This document shows positions 1 to 12,376 of a stretch of DNA of 64,000 nucleotides, piece after piece. The position numbers were made by a program, and so were the translations under genes. Source of the stretch: Podarcis muralis (Eukaryota); NCBI RefSeq assembly GCF_964188315.1, contig NC_135662.1, forward strand, positions 86,428,001 through 86,492,000, given 5' to 3'. The notes under the pieces are model-generated. The model saw only the letters and a program-made list of their open reading frames with translations, did no database searches and was not told where the DNA came from. Numbering within the stretch: the first letter of the stretch is position 1; every line of letters begins with the position of its first letter.

Positions 1-96
1 GGACGCAAAAGGCCTCGATGGCCGTTTGTTGGACCCCGCTGTTCTCTGGTTTCTCTCCTCTCTTGAGTTGTCCTGTACAAAAGGTATCAAAAGGCG

Positions 97-334
97 TAAA
101 ATGTCTCCACAGGCTCTCTGAGACAAGCAGCATCAAGCATCTGGCATAGGGATGTGGTTGGCCAGTTGGAGAGGGCAGGGCAAGGTCAGAAGAACTCTAG
201 GCCCGCCTCTTCCTCTCTAGTCAGTTCTTCTGACCTTGTCCTGCCCTCTCCGACTGACCAGCCACAACCCTTTGCCAGATGTTTGATGCTGCTTGTCTTC
301 ATACTCAGCAAAGAATGCCTGTAGAGACATTTTA
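97..334. repeat. Long imperfect inverted repeat (hairpin)
   Basis: Arms 121-196 and 223-298 (76 bp, 7 mismatches), plus an outer stem 97-114 / 317-334. Confidence 0.9.
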
Positions 335-3300
335 GTGTTTTAGGCATGTAGGCACCAACTGGTGGCTTAACCTGGCCTGGTCCCACAGAAATCTTCCATC
401 TTCCCCCTGTAGGGACAGGTGATCAAAACTGAGTCATCTTGGTGGGGTTCTTTTGATGCCTGCAGCAGCACATGGCAAGACTCAGTCCTCTCCCTTTGAA
501 ATCTAGTTGCCTGAATGGGGGGTTTGATGTGGAGCAGGCACCATACCACCACAGCATCACATTTGCTTGCTGGCGCCTTGGTCACCCTTTCCCAAAGGGG
601 GCAGAACTTAGAAGGCTGTGTTTTCTAGGGGTGCTCAGGGAAAAGCAAAGCAATAGGATGCTTCCCAGCATGGAGGGGTCATTTTGTCTGCTGCAGACTG
701 CCAACCTACTTTTTATTGTAGTTTTTGTTTTATTTCATAAGTAAAAAAAAAAAAAAGTAATTCACAGTGCTTAAGTTATATTTCAGAAGTGTAAAAATTA
801 TAATTGATAGAATATTTGGTGTTTTTTTCTGGAGAGGGGATATAATAATTATTTTGCTCAAAAGTTTTAATAAAAAAAAGTTATTTGCTCCCTGTGTCCC
901 TTTTATTTAATTAGGCAATACAGTGGGCCCGTTATATGTCATTATATTTCCAGAATCGATTGACTGATTGATCTGATCATGATGATGCGAAGTCTCCTTT
1001 GGGAGGGTCAGTTCAGATAAACCCCCTCACACACATGTTCAGAAAACTGGAGGGAGACACGGGGAGGCTAGCCTTCCAAATAAAAGAGCCATCACCCATG
1101 CACATGAAAAGTATTCTGCACCCCAATTCCTGCATGTGTAGCGCCCCACACAGTGGAGATCCTGATTGATCCAGGATCCCTGCTTGCACAGTGTCTGAGG
1201 TGCACTTGTGTGAACAGCCTCAGGCAGCCCATTTGTTCATCTAAGCAGGCACCCTATATTCTAGCTCTGCATACAGACCCTCTTCCATCAAATCCACAAC
1301 CTTGTATAGTTTCATCGTAGCTATATGATGGAAAACAGAAAATTTATAAATAAGCAGTTTAGTTTTAAGGTAGGAGCACTGAATGGAAAATTCAGTGTCT
1401 CCATTGCACTGCATGGGAGAAAGGCACCACTTAATACGTAATACGTATTAAGTAATACGTAAGTAATACGTAAAGGGCTAAAGTGGGGCCATCTCCTTGG
1501 AAAACTCTGTTGCTCGTTTTTTTGGGGGAGGGGTAGCGTCCTCCTCTCTCCCACCCTTGGGTAAGCCAATAGACACTGGTTTCTCCATTGATCTGCATGG
1601 GATGAAAGAAAGGTTCATCTCCCAAACTAAGTGGCACAACCCATTCCCACCCAGGACCCTGGTGCAATAGGACCTTTGCTGGAGATGGAGTGGGCTTTTG
1701 CCCTTGGCTGACTGTTTTTGGAGTGCTTTTTTCTCCCACCCCACCCCTGGCAAATAAATGGAGACATCACTGCTCTTTAAAAACATTTAGGTGGTATTGC
1801 ACAATTGTATGTACAGACAGAAAAGTGTATTGGCCACTGCAGTTGTACCAGTGGCATAGGAAGGGGTGTGCGGTGGGTGTGGGTCACTGAGCGGGGTGAG
1901 AAAATGGCAAAAAACATGTGACCCCACGTCATTCTGTTGAGTTCAGACGCATAGCTGGGGGGCACACTGGGCGTCACATCCTGGGGGGCAGCACTTACCG
2001 CAGGGCCTGGTCTGCAGCACGCCCAAGCCATGGAAACCAAGGTACCATTGTATTTAGGAGACGGAATAAAAATGAAGGGGTTGATTAAATGATGCCAACT
2101 AGAAAAGTGGTCTGTTGGCTGGCAATGCCTTCACCTGCCCCTGGCAGAAGAATAGCACCAAGGCTTCCTAAGCAAGCAGAGATTGTGCACTCTAAAGGAA
2201 AGTTGAGAAGCTTCCAGATGGCAGTTTATCGTACTTCTAGTGCATGGAAGTTTATTGCACCCTCCACGCAAGGCCATTGGCATCAAAAAGCCAACCTCTA
2301 TTCTGGTAAGTTTTTTCTTTTTTTTTTTTTAAAGCCTGTTGTCAACAGCTCATTTGCAAGTAATGTCCCAGTCTGGGTGCACCCTTGGACTTCCTGAGAA
2401 GAGACAGAAGAAAACGGGAGCAATGACTGGTTGATGACATGAAGATTCCCCATGAAAAGGTGAGTGGCTAAAGCAGGGCAATTGCCCACTAAGAACCTTG
2501 TCTGGATGTGCCAGGCGAGCAAATACAAAGACATTGGAAAGCCAGGAGTGGCTAAGCTTTTTTTGGTGGGGAGAAGGCAAATTGAAAGTAATGGGGAGCT
2601 GGATGAAATCTCATGTATTGCCTGAATAGGCTCAAATGCCTCTCGTTTCAGTGGGCTTTGTGTGCTGGTACAGTGTACTCTTGAGGACTGGGCAGTTATG
2701 GAGAAAGATGAGCGGACGTCCTGTTTCTTCTAAATGACTGTTTAAAAACAACACTGTAAATCAAGCAGCAGAGCAAGAATCTCTACAGCTAATCCCAACA
2801 GGAGCCGAGGAACAGAACTAAGCGAGCCAAAGCCAGCTCTCTGTTTCTCCATAATTAATTAATATCTGTCCTAGTTTCACTTCTCTCGTTCATGTGAAAC
2901 TGTTGCTATGTTATAAATATATATGTACTGGGCTCTCTCACATCACTTCCCTCATTAGTAGATAATTACGTACGTGTGTGTGTGTGTAGAGGGGGGGTGG
3001 TATGTCCTCCCTCTTGCTATTTCTAAAACCTGAAAATTGGGTTGCCGGGGCCTGTGGCTCTCTTGGTCCAGCTCACAGGCAGGATCAAGGCCTGTTTTCC
3101 ACGGCCTCAATTCTGACACAAATATAAGGGACCAGGAAATTGCAGGCATCTTCCTTCCCAGCGTGACTTCCTCAGGATTTTAAAATAGATTTTGCCTCCT
3201 GTCAGCAAGAGCAAACCCAGGTGCATCCAGAGGAAATGGCTGGGCCTCGGGGGGGGGGAAACTTGCCGGGAGCAACAGGGAGGCCTGCAGCCAAGAGCCA

Positions 3301-3624
3301 GCTCTTCTTTTCCGGCGGGATGTTTTTGGTTCCTTTACACAAGCCAGGCCTGTGACCTGCTCTGGGTATCAGATGCCGGAATTGAGGGGGAAGGAGAGCG
3401 AATCTCATTGTGGAAACCTAGTGGGGAATGGCAGGCTTTCCTGGCTGCTGCTGCAGAATTGTCTCTGAATTATTCATCTCTTCTTGCCCTCCTCCAGCAA
3501 CAGAAGCCTCTGCTCACTGCAGGATTATAAAAGATGGAGGGAGAGTGAGGAGGCTGACAGGAGCAGACATCCTCACCAAGAGCACAATGGGTCTGGGACT
3601 TCTCTGTGCATACGTGGAAAGGCA

Positions 3625-3638
3625 CCAGCAGGGGGCAC
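3625..3638 (+). promoter_or_regulatory. CTCF core motif CCAGCAGGGGGCAC
   Basis: Exact match to the CCASYAGRKGGCRS consensus. Confidence 0.65.
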
Positions 3639-3842
3639 CCAAGAGTCATAGGCACAGCGTGACCCACTTTCCCCACAGAACGAGCAAAGTTCTGCATGGA
3701 GACCGGCTGTTTTCAGATAAATAAAAAATGGACTCCAGAACAAAAGGGTCCTTTAATGAATGGAAGAGAACCAGCAGAAAGCAGAATGGCTTATTCCTCT
3801 TGGCAGAGGGGACCAACACAGGAGCTGGAGAAAATGACCAAT

Positions 3843-3846
<4 letters not shown>

Positions 3847-3928
<82 letters not shown>
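3847..3928. repeat. Compound (TC)n(CA)n microsatellite
   Basis: Read directly. Confidence 0.97.
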
Positions 3929-3930
<2 letters not shown>

Positions 3931-4639
3931 CTCCCTTATGTTTCCCCTCCAATGTCTCCCTCCCCATGCTGCCCAATCCTGCAGAAACAAGAGACTCCCT
4001 GGTTCTCTGTCTCCTTCCATTCCCCAGCTGAGCCTGCTAAAGGAGGGACACATTCTGCAGGGATTTCAGGCACTGACTTCGCCTGGCTCCTCTGCCGGTG
4101 GTGGAGGCAGTTGGGTGGGCAGGACTGCTGCAAAGGGGGCACCTTGCTGCTGCCTACTGCCCGAGGTGACTGCTTCACCCCATCGCATGGGTGCAACGGC
4201 ACAGTCTGGATTCTGCCCCCCCCCCCCATGGCAGACCTCGGGTTCTCAAATCTCAGTGGGACCTTGTGCAATGCCAAATTGGCACCTCCCCCACCTCTCA
4301 TGCACCATTCCAAATAACAGTTGCCGCGACCCCGAGGCACTGCATCCAGTTGCACTTGCGTAAATCCACCTCTGTGGCCCGGGATGCCTAATGATCTCCA
4401 GCCTGGGAGGCTGTGGGGCCAGAGGCACCTGCCTTGGGCTGTGGGACCCCATGGGCACCTGCCCCCTGCCACTTTCAGAAGTAGCGGTGGCCTTTGGCGA
4501 GGGCTCGCAGAACTTGTAAGAATGTTCAGGGATGCAGGAGAGGATATATTGTTTGATTATATCCTTTCCAACTTGTGTTAACATGTTCCACAATTTAGCA
4601 GAGTAACATTCCCCTTTCTAAACTTGCACAGCGGATGCA

Positions 4640-5060
4640 TTTGCTCAGGCTCGCTAAAGCCTCTAAAATACGTTTCGTTGGTAATTCCCCATTTAGTCCC
4701 TCATAAAAAGATAGACACGACACAGTCTTCTATAAAAGTATATAAAGAGTTTACTCACACATTCTGTTCACAATTGGATCCCAGAAGGCAGACTTAAGTT
4801 ACAAAAGTAATATACACCTGGAAACTACCCCATAAGGAGACAGCCCCTTTGTCCTCTCTTGCCTGGAAGCCAAGAGAGCATCTTAGGCTAAGCAGATGTT
4901 GCTTCTTCGACGAATGTGGTCAGAGAGAGAAAGATGGCTGACCAGTCCTGCTCTTTTGTTACCTGCACAGGTGAGGCCACGCCCACCTCTGGTCACATAC
5001 AGAGGAAGTCTGTCCCAGCCTAGGAGAAACAGGAAGTTCCAACTGGCTGGTCCAGACATC
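4640..5060 (-). mobile_element. Possible solo LTR
   Basis: The minus strand has an AGTAAACTCTTT...CTGTGTCGTGTCTATC R/U5-like segment. No TSD or exact ends were found. Confidence 0.35.
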
Positions 5061-5443
5061 CCCTTTTATGTCCACTCTAGGGATGTTGTACTTGACTGCT
5101 CTTGTGTTTCACATCCCACAGAACTCATGCACCATCTTGTCGCCACTTCTCACTCCTGCTTTCTGTGAGTTTTCACTGGAACCTGGAAGCCATAGCTGTG
5201 TGACCCAGGCAAGCAAGCCTTCAGCGGAGGAGAAGTAGAGGGGGATGCCTTCCCATTTTGCCTCAGGCAGTGAAGTATCTCCCCTGGGGAAGTGTTGTCC
5301 GGGTGGGTGCAGGGTGTGGTGAGCATTTCATGGCATGAGGAGGTGGCGTCCGCAACCCTAAAGGAGGCAGTGGTGTAGCCACTCCTGGGAAAAGCTGGTC
5401 CAGGGCCTAACAGATTATAACAGCTATCACCTGGTTGCAAATA

Positions 5444-5672
5444 CAGTGGAAGCTCGGGTTTCGAATGTGATCCATACGGGAAGCATGTTCACAACCCGCA
5501 GCGTCCGCAACCCACAGCGCCATGTCTGCGCACACGCGGGTCACAATTTGACACTTCTGCGCATGCGCAAAACCAAAACCCGGAAGTAACCCGTTCCGGT
5601 ACTTCCGGGTTCGGCACAGTGTGCAACCCGAAACCACACAACCCGAAGCGTCTGTAACCCAAAGTATGACTG
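5444..5672. mobile_element. Tc1/mariner-type MITE
   Basis: TA|CAGTGGAAGCTCGGG...GTATGACTG ends; same family as the copies at 6.6 kb and 38.9 kb. Confidence 0.75.
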
Positions 5673-5749
5673 TGCCCACTTTTGGGAAAGCAGGATTTAG
5701 AGGGTTGTGTCAGAACAACTGCAGACATTCCTGGGTGAGGCTGATTATC

Positions 5750-5900
5750 TGAATCTATTTCAGTTCTGGGCTTCAGGACCAAATCAGCCTTGGTCACCCT
5801 AATGAGAAGGCAGTGGGAGGGCAATCCTGGTCAATATCGCAGTGTCTTTTGATGCCATTAAGCATGGTGTCTCTCTGGACTGACTCTGTGCAATAGCTAT
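5750..5900 (+). mobile_element. L2/CR1-group RT remnant
   Basis: LVNIAVSFDAIKHG resembles the LLDLSAAFDTIDHG motif. Confidence 0.55.
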
Positions 5901-6630
5901 TGCTGACACTGTGCTCCCACCTGTTCAGGATATGTCTGGAGAGTAGAACTGGGAGAGTGGTCTTTGGGCACATGACCTTTATGCTATGGATTGTCATGGG
6001 GCACTGTTTTGTCCCACAATGCCCCCTCTGATTCATTTAAAATATCCCCATTTATTATTAATCTGGGCATAACTCAACGTTTCCAAAGATGGAAGAGACA
6101 GGTCTAGTTCATTTACATGATGCATATGAAGGACAGGAACCCCTTACAGGTACTCCGAAGCTGAGCTGAGAGCAAGGAGAGTTAGCTCACTCCAACAGGC
6201 AGTGCATTTTATCTAATCATACCTTAAATGGAGGGTTTCAAAAGCTTTTAAGTGTAACTGCTTCTTCTAAAAAGAAGTAATTGTTGCTATTATTGTTGTT
6301 CATTATATCAAGAAGATGATGACTTTACTGAAACTTGGTGTAGTTTTTACTTTGTACCTGAGTAACAATGGACAAACTCTGCTGGACAGCTGTGGTGAGA
6401 TGTAATTGCTTGAACTTTGTAGTCTGAGAAGGGAAGGGAGGCGAGGCGAGGGGCTTTGTTCTTGTGTTACTCTCTGTATACTTTAAATTAAGGAGAAAGG
6501 TGAAATAAGAACATTTTTTAAAAAATCAGCTGAGCTTAAATACTAGAAAGATGGAAGCTTTGTAAGCGTTAGGTTCTAGTACGCTCCCCCTTGATGAGCC
6601 TGGGCTACTCATGGATCCAGCCTTCCCACT

Positions 6631-6957
6631 ATGGTGGACACTCGGGATGCAAACATAGCTGTCAAAGTTTCCTGTTTTTTAAGGGAAATTCCCTTATTCT
6701 GAACAGGATTCCTCGTAAGAAAAGGGAAAAGTTGACAGCTATGGATGCAAACGTGATCCATGCTGGATGCACATTCACAACCCGCAGCGTCCTCAACCCG
6801 CAGCGGCGCATCTGCGCATGCGCAGGTTGTGATTTGGCGCTTCTGCGCATGCGCAACCACGAAACCCAAAAGTAACCTGTTCTGATACTTCCGGGTTGCG
6901 GTGATCCGCAACCCGAAAAAACACAACCTGAAGTGTCTATAACCCGAGGTATGACTG
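6631..6957. mobile_element. Tc1/mariner-type MITE interrupted by a 90-bp hAT MITE
   Basis: Decayed left end and GAGGTATGACTG|TA right end, with a nested element at 6654-6743. Confidence 0.75.
6654..6743. mobile_element. 90-bp hAT-type MITE
   Basis: 12-bp perfect TIR CATAGCTGTCAA and an 8-bp TSD GATGCAAA at 6646-6653 and 6744-6751. Confidence 0.85.
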
Positions 6958-7517
6958 TAGTGCCTTCTGCCAACGGTGAATGTTCCTGAACCAGAATATG
7001 CTGACCACAGAGCTACACATGTTGGTAACCACAGTTCATGTAATATCCTTTATGGAACACACGGTGACTATTGCCAGACTGCAGTGGCTAAACTGCCCAC
7101 TTCTGAATATAAATTTATTATAAAAATCTGGATATTTCTCAACCAAAATAGCAATTCTATTCATTTTACCTGTTCCTTGCAGGAGGAGTGCTTGGTGGGT
7201 TGTAGCAGCAAAAAAGCAATGGTCAACTATTTTGCAAAGGACATCAGCCTCCTGTTTCCACAGTAGTCAGACAACCACCTGTGGGAAACCTGCAAGTTAG
7301 GACCTGAGAGCAAAAGCACTCTCCCCTCATAATCAGTGAGTTTTGGGTGGAAATGTATTTGTTATTTTCTCTTCAAAATTATCCTTCAAATATTTGTCTT
7401 TGTTTTCATGTTGATTGCTGTGTTTGTTATATGTGAGAAAATCAATTTACATCATTGATAAAAACCATGAAAGTTCCATTTTAGCTGCCAAGAAGACGAA
7501 CTCCTGTTCACAATAAA

Positions 7518-7908
7518 GTTAAAAAGAGAAAAGAAGGTAAAGGACCCTGGATGATTAAGTCCAGTCAAAGGTGACTATGGGGTGAGGCGCTCATCTTGCT
7601 TTCAGGCCAAGGGAGCCGGCGTTTATCCACAGACAGCTTTCCAGGTCATGTGGCCAGCAGGACTAAACCACTTCTGGCACAATGGGACACCGTGACAGAA
7701 GCCAGAGTGCACAGAAACGCTGTTTACCTTCCTGCCACAGTGATACCTGTTTATCTACTTGTGCTGTCGTGCTTTTGAACTGCTAGGTGGGCAGGAGCTG
7801 AGACAGAGCACTAGGAGCTCACCCCATGGTGGGGGTTCGAACCCCTGACCTTCTGATTGGCAAGCGCAAGAGGCTCAGTGGTTTAGACCACAGCACCACC
7901 TGTGTCCT
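7518..7908 (-). mobile_element. Sauria SINE
   Basis: Typical head and ACCTTT tail. The 13-bp TSD TGTTCACAATAAA is at 7505-7517 and 7909-7921. Confidence 0.9.
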
Positions 7909-8127
7909 TGTTCACAATAAACCTGGCTTCCTCTTATAATTTCTGGTGCTTGACTCTTCCTTGGCCTTGCCCCTAGAATGCCCATATCAGAAGCCAGAGT
8001 GACAATGTATCCTGTTTCACAGCAGCCCTCGTTTCTTCAGAATGGATAGTTTTGTTCTGTTTTTAAGATATAACACTTTATTGGAAGCTGTAAAAGGAAT
8101 ATAGTTGCAGCAAATAATGCAAATAAG

Positions 8128-8340
8128 TCGTCGTCTTCTTCTTTGGCAATCACTTGTAGCCGAGTAAGATTGTCTTCCATAAACTCGGTTTTAACAATGA
8201 GTCTGTAAGTGACTGTGGAGGCCAATTCTGGACCCACACATCCTTCCACAGTGGGAACATTGGTTTCTGGGTAGGAGTTGATCATGGTGTGGAATTGCCA
8301 AGTGTGCCTTCCTCTTAGCACGTTTCTCCCTTGCGTCCTG
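8128..8340 (-). mobile_element. RTE-clade LINE 3' end
   Basis: Minus-strand peptide CSHCGRMCGSRIGLHSHLQTH, the RTE C-terminal zinc knuckle, followed by a GAA-type tail. Confidence 0.85.
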
Positions 8341-8719
8341 GAGATGATTTGTAAATGCAAATAAGTAGACCATAACAGTCTTATGTCATTCACACATAAG
8401 GAAAGCCATAACCCAATTTACAGTCATATCTCAGGCATGTGATTCATTGTTAGTGGTCAATATGCATCTTCTCAGTTTGTGAACAGATTCAAACAAGAAA
8501 GAAACGCAAAAAGAACCGGTACCGGTAACACTGGGCATCGCGCAGCCGAATATTTCTAGTGTTTTGGCTTAATTATAACAGGTTTGTATCTCAGCTATTG
8601 CAGGTGAGCATCAAACCAAATGAAATGAATAACTGAGCATCTTTCTTGCCAAACAAGAAAGGCTTGTTTTGCCTTCATTGTAATTGGGAGAATTGCAGCT
8701 GTCAATGACTCACGGAGCA

Positions 8720-9310
8720 GATGTTTCATTTCTCGCTGCTTGGGGCCATTCACAAACCCTGCACGCACGCGCACGCGGCGGAAGTCCTTTCGCCCCTGCT
8801 GCTCTCCCCAAATCCAGCCCCGCTTTCCGGGCTGGCTGCCGCCGTCTTCTCCGCCACCAGGGGGCTCTGCGCGCCGTAACGGGCTGAGCAAGGAGCGAGC
8901 AAAGCAGGCGGCGACGCGCAGCGGCTGCCCGGGCCGGGAGGCGGCGCGCCTATGCGCGCACGCAAGGTAGGATGCCTGCCTGCCGCATCGTAAGGAAAGC
9001 TGGTTCCCCTGGATGGCCACTGAATAATGTTGCAAAACAGACCCAGTGACCCAGCTCTCCCTCGCCCACGGGCGCGCGCGCGCGCACACAGCGATGCTGG
9101 GAAGTCCCGGGGTTTCTGCGAATCCATGGCGCCGGCAGCCAGCCGTGCAAGCAATTCCAGCGGCGGAGAGCGCCTTTATTGCGCAAGGCAGGAAGATGGC
9201 TCCGCGGTGGGGCTTCCTCGGGTCCTTCCCGGGCACGCGCGTCTCTCATTAAGTCGAAGGCAGTGGAGCTGCTGCTCCGGGCGGGGCGCGGGGAGCCGTC
9301 CTTAACTTCT
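8720..9310. promoter_or_regulatory. Unassigned CpG-island promoter, possibly bidirectional
   Basis: CpG-dense, with GCGGAAGT (ETS-like, ~8778), GC/CA alternating NRF1-like tracts, AAGATGGC (YY1-like, ~9193) and a CTCF motif. There is a minus-strand donor CTCC|GTGAGT at 8713 and a plus-strand donor AAG|GTAGGA at ~8966. Confidence 0.7.
8854..8867 (+). promoter_or_regulatory. CTCF core motif CCACCAGGGGGCTC
   Basis: 13/14 match to the CTCF consensus, inside a CpG island. Confidence 0.7.
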
Positions 9311-11264
9311 AAACGGAGATGTGTGGGGTTTTGAGGGGTGTTGGACATTTCGCTCTCTGCCTGCCCCCCAGAAACCCACTGCAGGGCCAGGTAGTGAAAG
9401 CTAGGTTGGGATTATACAATGCTCAAGGCAAGGCACTCCTGCTATGCTCAGACGCACTGACTTTTTATTACTTGAAAACATGTGAGGTTCCAGAGCAGGG
9501 CGCTCCCTCCAGCGTTTATCTCACAAACATGTGGGGCTTTTAAGGCGGTCGTGTTTTAGGGGGAAAGTAACTGGCAGGGAAAGGGTTGACCCCCTCCCCC
9601 CCAACCTTTTCTGTTGCAAAGCTCCGTCTCCCAAGAACACACTTTTTGGACTGGTGAAAGGGCCCGTGGGGTTCCTGCAGTGCTCGCCTTCATATCAGCT
9701 GGCCCTTACTGTAGTTGCATGACAGACAGGTGAGCCTCTGGGGCTTCTCCTTGGGGCTTCTCCTGCTTTTCCCAGGTGACTCATTCCTGTGTCCAACAAG
9801 AAATGCCGCCCATTCTTTTTCCAGCTTCCTCTCAGCGTTTCTGGCCTCCCTTTCCAGATATGTTTTCTTAAAGGCTTTTGTTTCTGTAGCAAGCCTGAAA
9901 CTGCTCCAGCTTCATTAAAGAGAAAAGGCTAAACCACAACACGGCTTGCATTAAAGGTGAGCCACACAGACTGCTTGGATTGCAACCTTCCGTTGAAAGA
10001 GCTCCGCAGCTCACATAGAACCATCCAATTCCTTGGCAACTTTCCGTGCTTAGGCTCCCAGTATATCTCTACATTTAGCCAGCGGGAAAGAAAACGTGAG
10101 CCCTTAGCTCTGGGACATATGAGGAAGAGAGGTCCTCTGGTCATATGCAGAGTGCATTTCCACAAACACTGAGTGCTAGTCACAACCCACCTAGGATTGT
10201 GGGATTTAAGAGCAAGGCTTCCAGATGGGAAGATGCAAGCTCTACAGAGCCCTAATTCCCACCACTGGTTGTTTTGTTTTTAAAAAATGAAATAACCACT
10301 GTCAGTTTCTCTAAACACTAGTCCCATTTCAGACAGATAGTTAGCCCAGTGGTACACTCTTCTCTATATGCCACTGCAGTTACTCTCAGTGGTTGTAACT
10401 GCTGTGGACACTCTCTCATGGTCTGGGAAGCAGCATGTATTTTTTCTTCTTCTCTACTACATGCTGTGGCTCACCCTCTAATTCAAAAGACTGCTGCTGA
10501 GTGGATCTCATCACTTTGCAGCTACACAACATGCCATTAGCCCCTGCTTAGCACAAACCTTTTTTTCCATGTCCATGGAAGGAAAAAGTGCATTCTGCCA
10601 GGTGACCCTGTAAATGTAAAACACACACACAAACTGGCACTTGAACTGGGAATTGTCCCCCTGCCCCGCCCGGTCTACCTGGTACATGGCTGTTTCCCTA
10701 CACAGAGCCAATCTGTTTCTAGAACAGAACGCAACCTGGTCTCCGTGTCCACTCTCTTTGCTGCAGTGCCCTTTCCCCAACTCTTCCGTTCCTCAACTTC
10801 AGAATAGAGTTTGTGATCATCTGGAGGTAGCGGAAATAGTGGTGAAGTTTGACATCAGTCAGATTTTCCCAACCTCACCCGAGTTGGGATGGAGCCTTTG
10901 ATCTTACGTTTTATCCTTCCCTCGCAGCTTTAAACTGGTGGCATAAGAACTGCTTTCCCATGACATGCACAACTTCCCATCATAGGCACGTTACAGGCCA
11001 CAGGTTGGATCAGAGTCCTGGAGAAATCAATGGGAAAGAATAAATTGGCCGTGACTAACTTTTCACAACAAATTGGGGCTTAAGCCCAACTAATTTTGTC
11101 TGGGTGACCTAACCCAGGAGCGGGGAACCTCAGGCCAGGGGGCCACATGCAGCCCCCCCCCACGCCCACCTGACTTTCAGAACTCGTCCCAGAGCACCCC
11201 ACCCCCTTTGAAGTGGCTTTGGCCTGGCCTGGCTGGGGTGTGACCTTGAACTCTGAGCAGGGCC

Positions 11265-11495
11265 AGGAAGGTACAACAAGGGTCATCTAGTCCAACCCAC
11301 TGAAACGCAGGAATTACAGCTTAAGAATCCACGACAGATGGACATCCAACCTCTGCTTTAAACTCTCCAAGGAAGGAGAGTCCACCACCTTCAGAGGGAT
11401 GTTTCTTCCTGATGTTTAGTTAGAATTTCCTTTCTTCAAACTTGAATCCATTGGTTCGGGTCCAACCCTCCAGAGCAGGAGAAAACAAGCTTGCA
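11265..11495 (-). mobile_element. CR1 LINE 3' fragment
   Basis: GGGTCATCTAGTCCAACC...AAGGAAGGAGAGTCCACCACC, the typical squamate CR1 3' end in reverse. Confidence 0.75.
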
Positions 11496-11809
11496 GTTCT
11501 TGTTTGTTTGCTAAACTTTTTTTCTTTTCTTTTTTTTGCACATCCATTATATAGCTCCAGTTTTTCCTTTTGTTAACTAGATCCTTTCAGAATTCAAGGA
11601 AATTGCATTGGTTAGTTAATTCAAAGAAATGAAGGTTATTATTAATGAGATGTTGCAGTTGCAGTTCTCATGTTAACAATTTATATATAACATGCTGACA
11701 CTTAGTCTTATAAAGCTTTCTTCTGCAGATTTCTACAGTAACCCACATAAGTTCAAAATATATAATGTTAAATGTCGAGCCTCAAATGTTGTTCTTAAAT
11801 GTTTTACAT

Positions 11810-11938
11810 TAGGCATAGGCAAACTCGGCCCTCCAGATGTTTTGGGACTACATCATCCCTGACCACTGGTCCTGTTAGCTAGGGATGATGGGAGTTGTAG
11901 GCCAAAAACATCTGGAGGGCCGAGTTTGCCTATGCCTG
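11810..11938. mobile_element. Palindromic hAT-type MITE
   Basis: Long TIRs AGGCATAGGCAAACTCGGCCCTCCAGATGTTTT and an 8-bp TSD TTTTACAT. Confidence 0.85.
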
Positions 11939-12376
11939 TTTTACATTGATAAAAACATCTATCATGAAGTAAAATTCCCTTCTGTAAAGAAAAAAAAATG
12001 TTTTAAAATTATTGTTTGGCAGCAATCTTTCTCAATTCAAGATGGTCACCGATCTGTGAGGCAGGGTGAGGCAGCTGATCTCACCATTTTATAGTTTGAT
12101 TGTCCTTTTATTGTTTTATTTTATTGTTTTACTGCCCTATTTTATCATTTAATGGTTTTACTTCCTTGTTATCTCGCCAGTCAAATGCAATCTTTCACAT
12201 CTAGCAAATTTTGCTCATACTTTTGAGAGGTCCATCCCAGCTCAGTTTATTCTCTGCCTTTCCAAGTTTCCAAAATAGCTGCCAGACCTTTGTCCCTATA
12301 AATGTCATAGAAGCCTATGATTTCATCTTGTCAAAGAAAATAAAGAAAAATACAAAAAGGAGTACTGAAATATATA

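Noticed and set aside
3728-4472. ORFs spanning the (TC)n(CA)n repeat
   Set aside because: Held open by the microsatellite (SLSL/HTHT/VCVC runs).
6310-6365. Possible C/D snoRNA (ATGATGA...CTGA)
   Set aside because: Only ~45 nt between the boxes, with no terminal stem or recognisable guide.
8595-9348. Several 130-213 aa ORFs in the 8.7-kb island
   Set aside because: Same GC-richness artefact; no recognisable protein.
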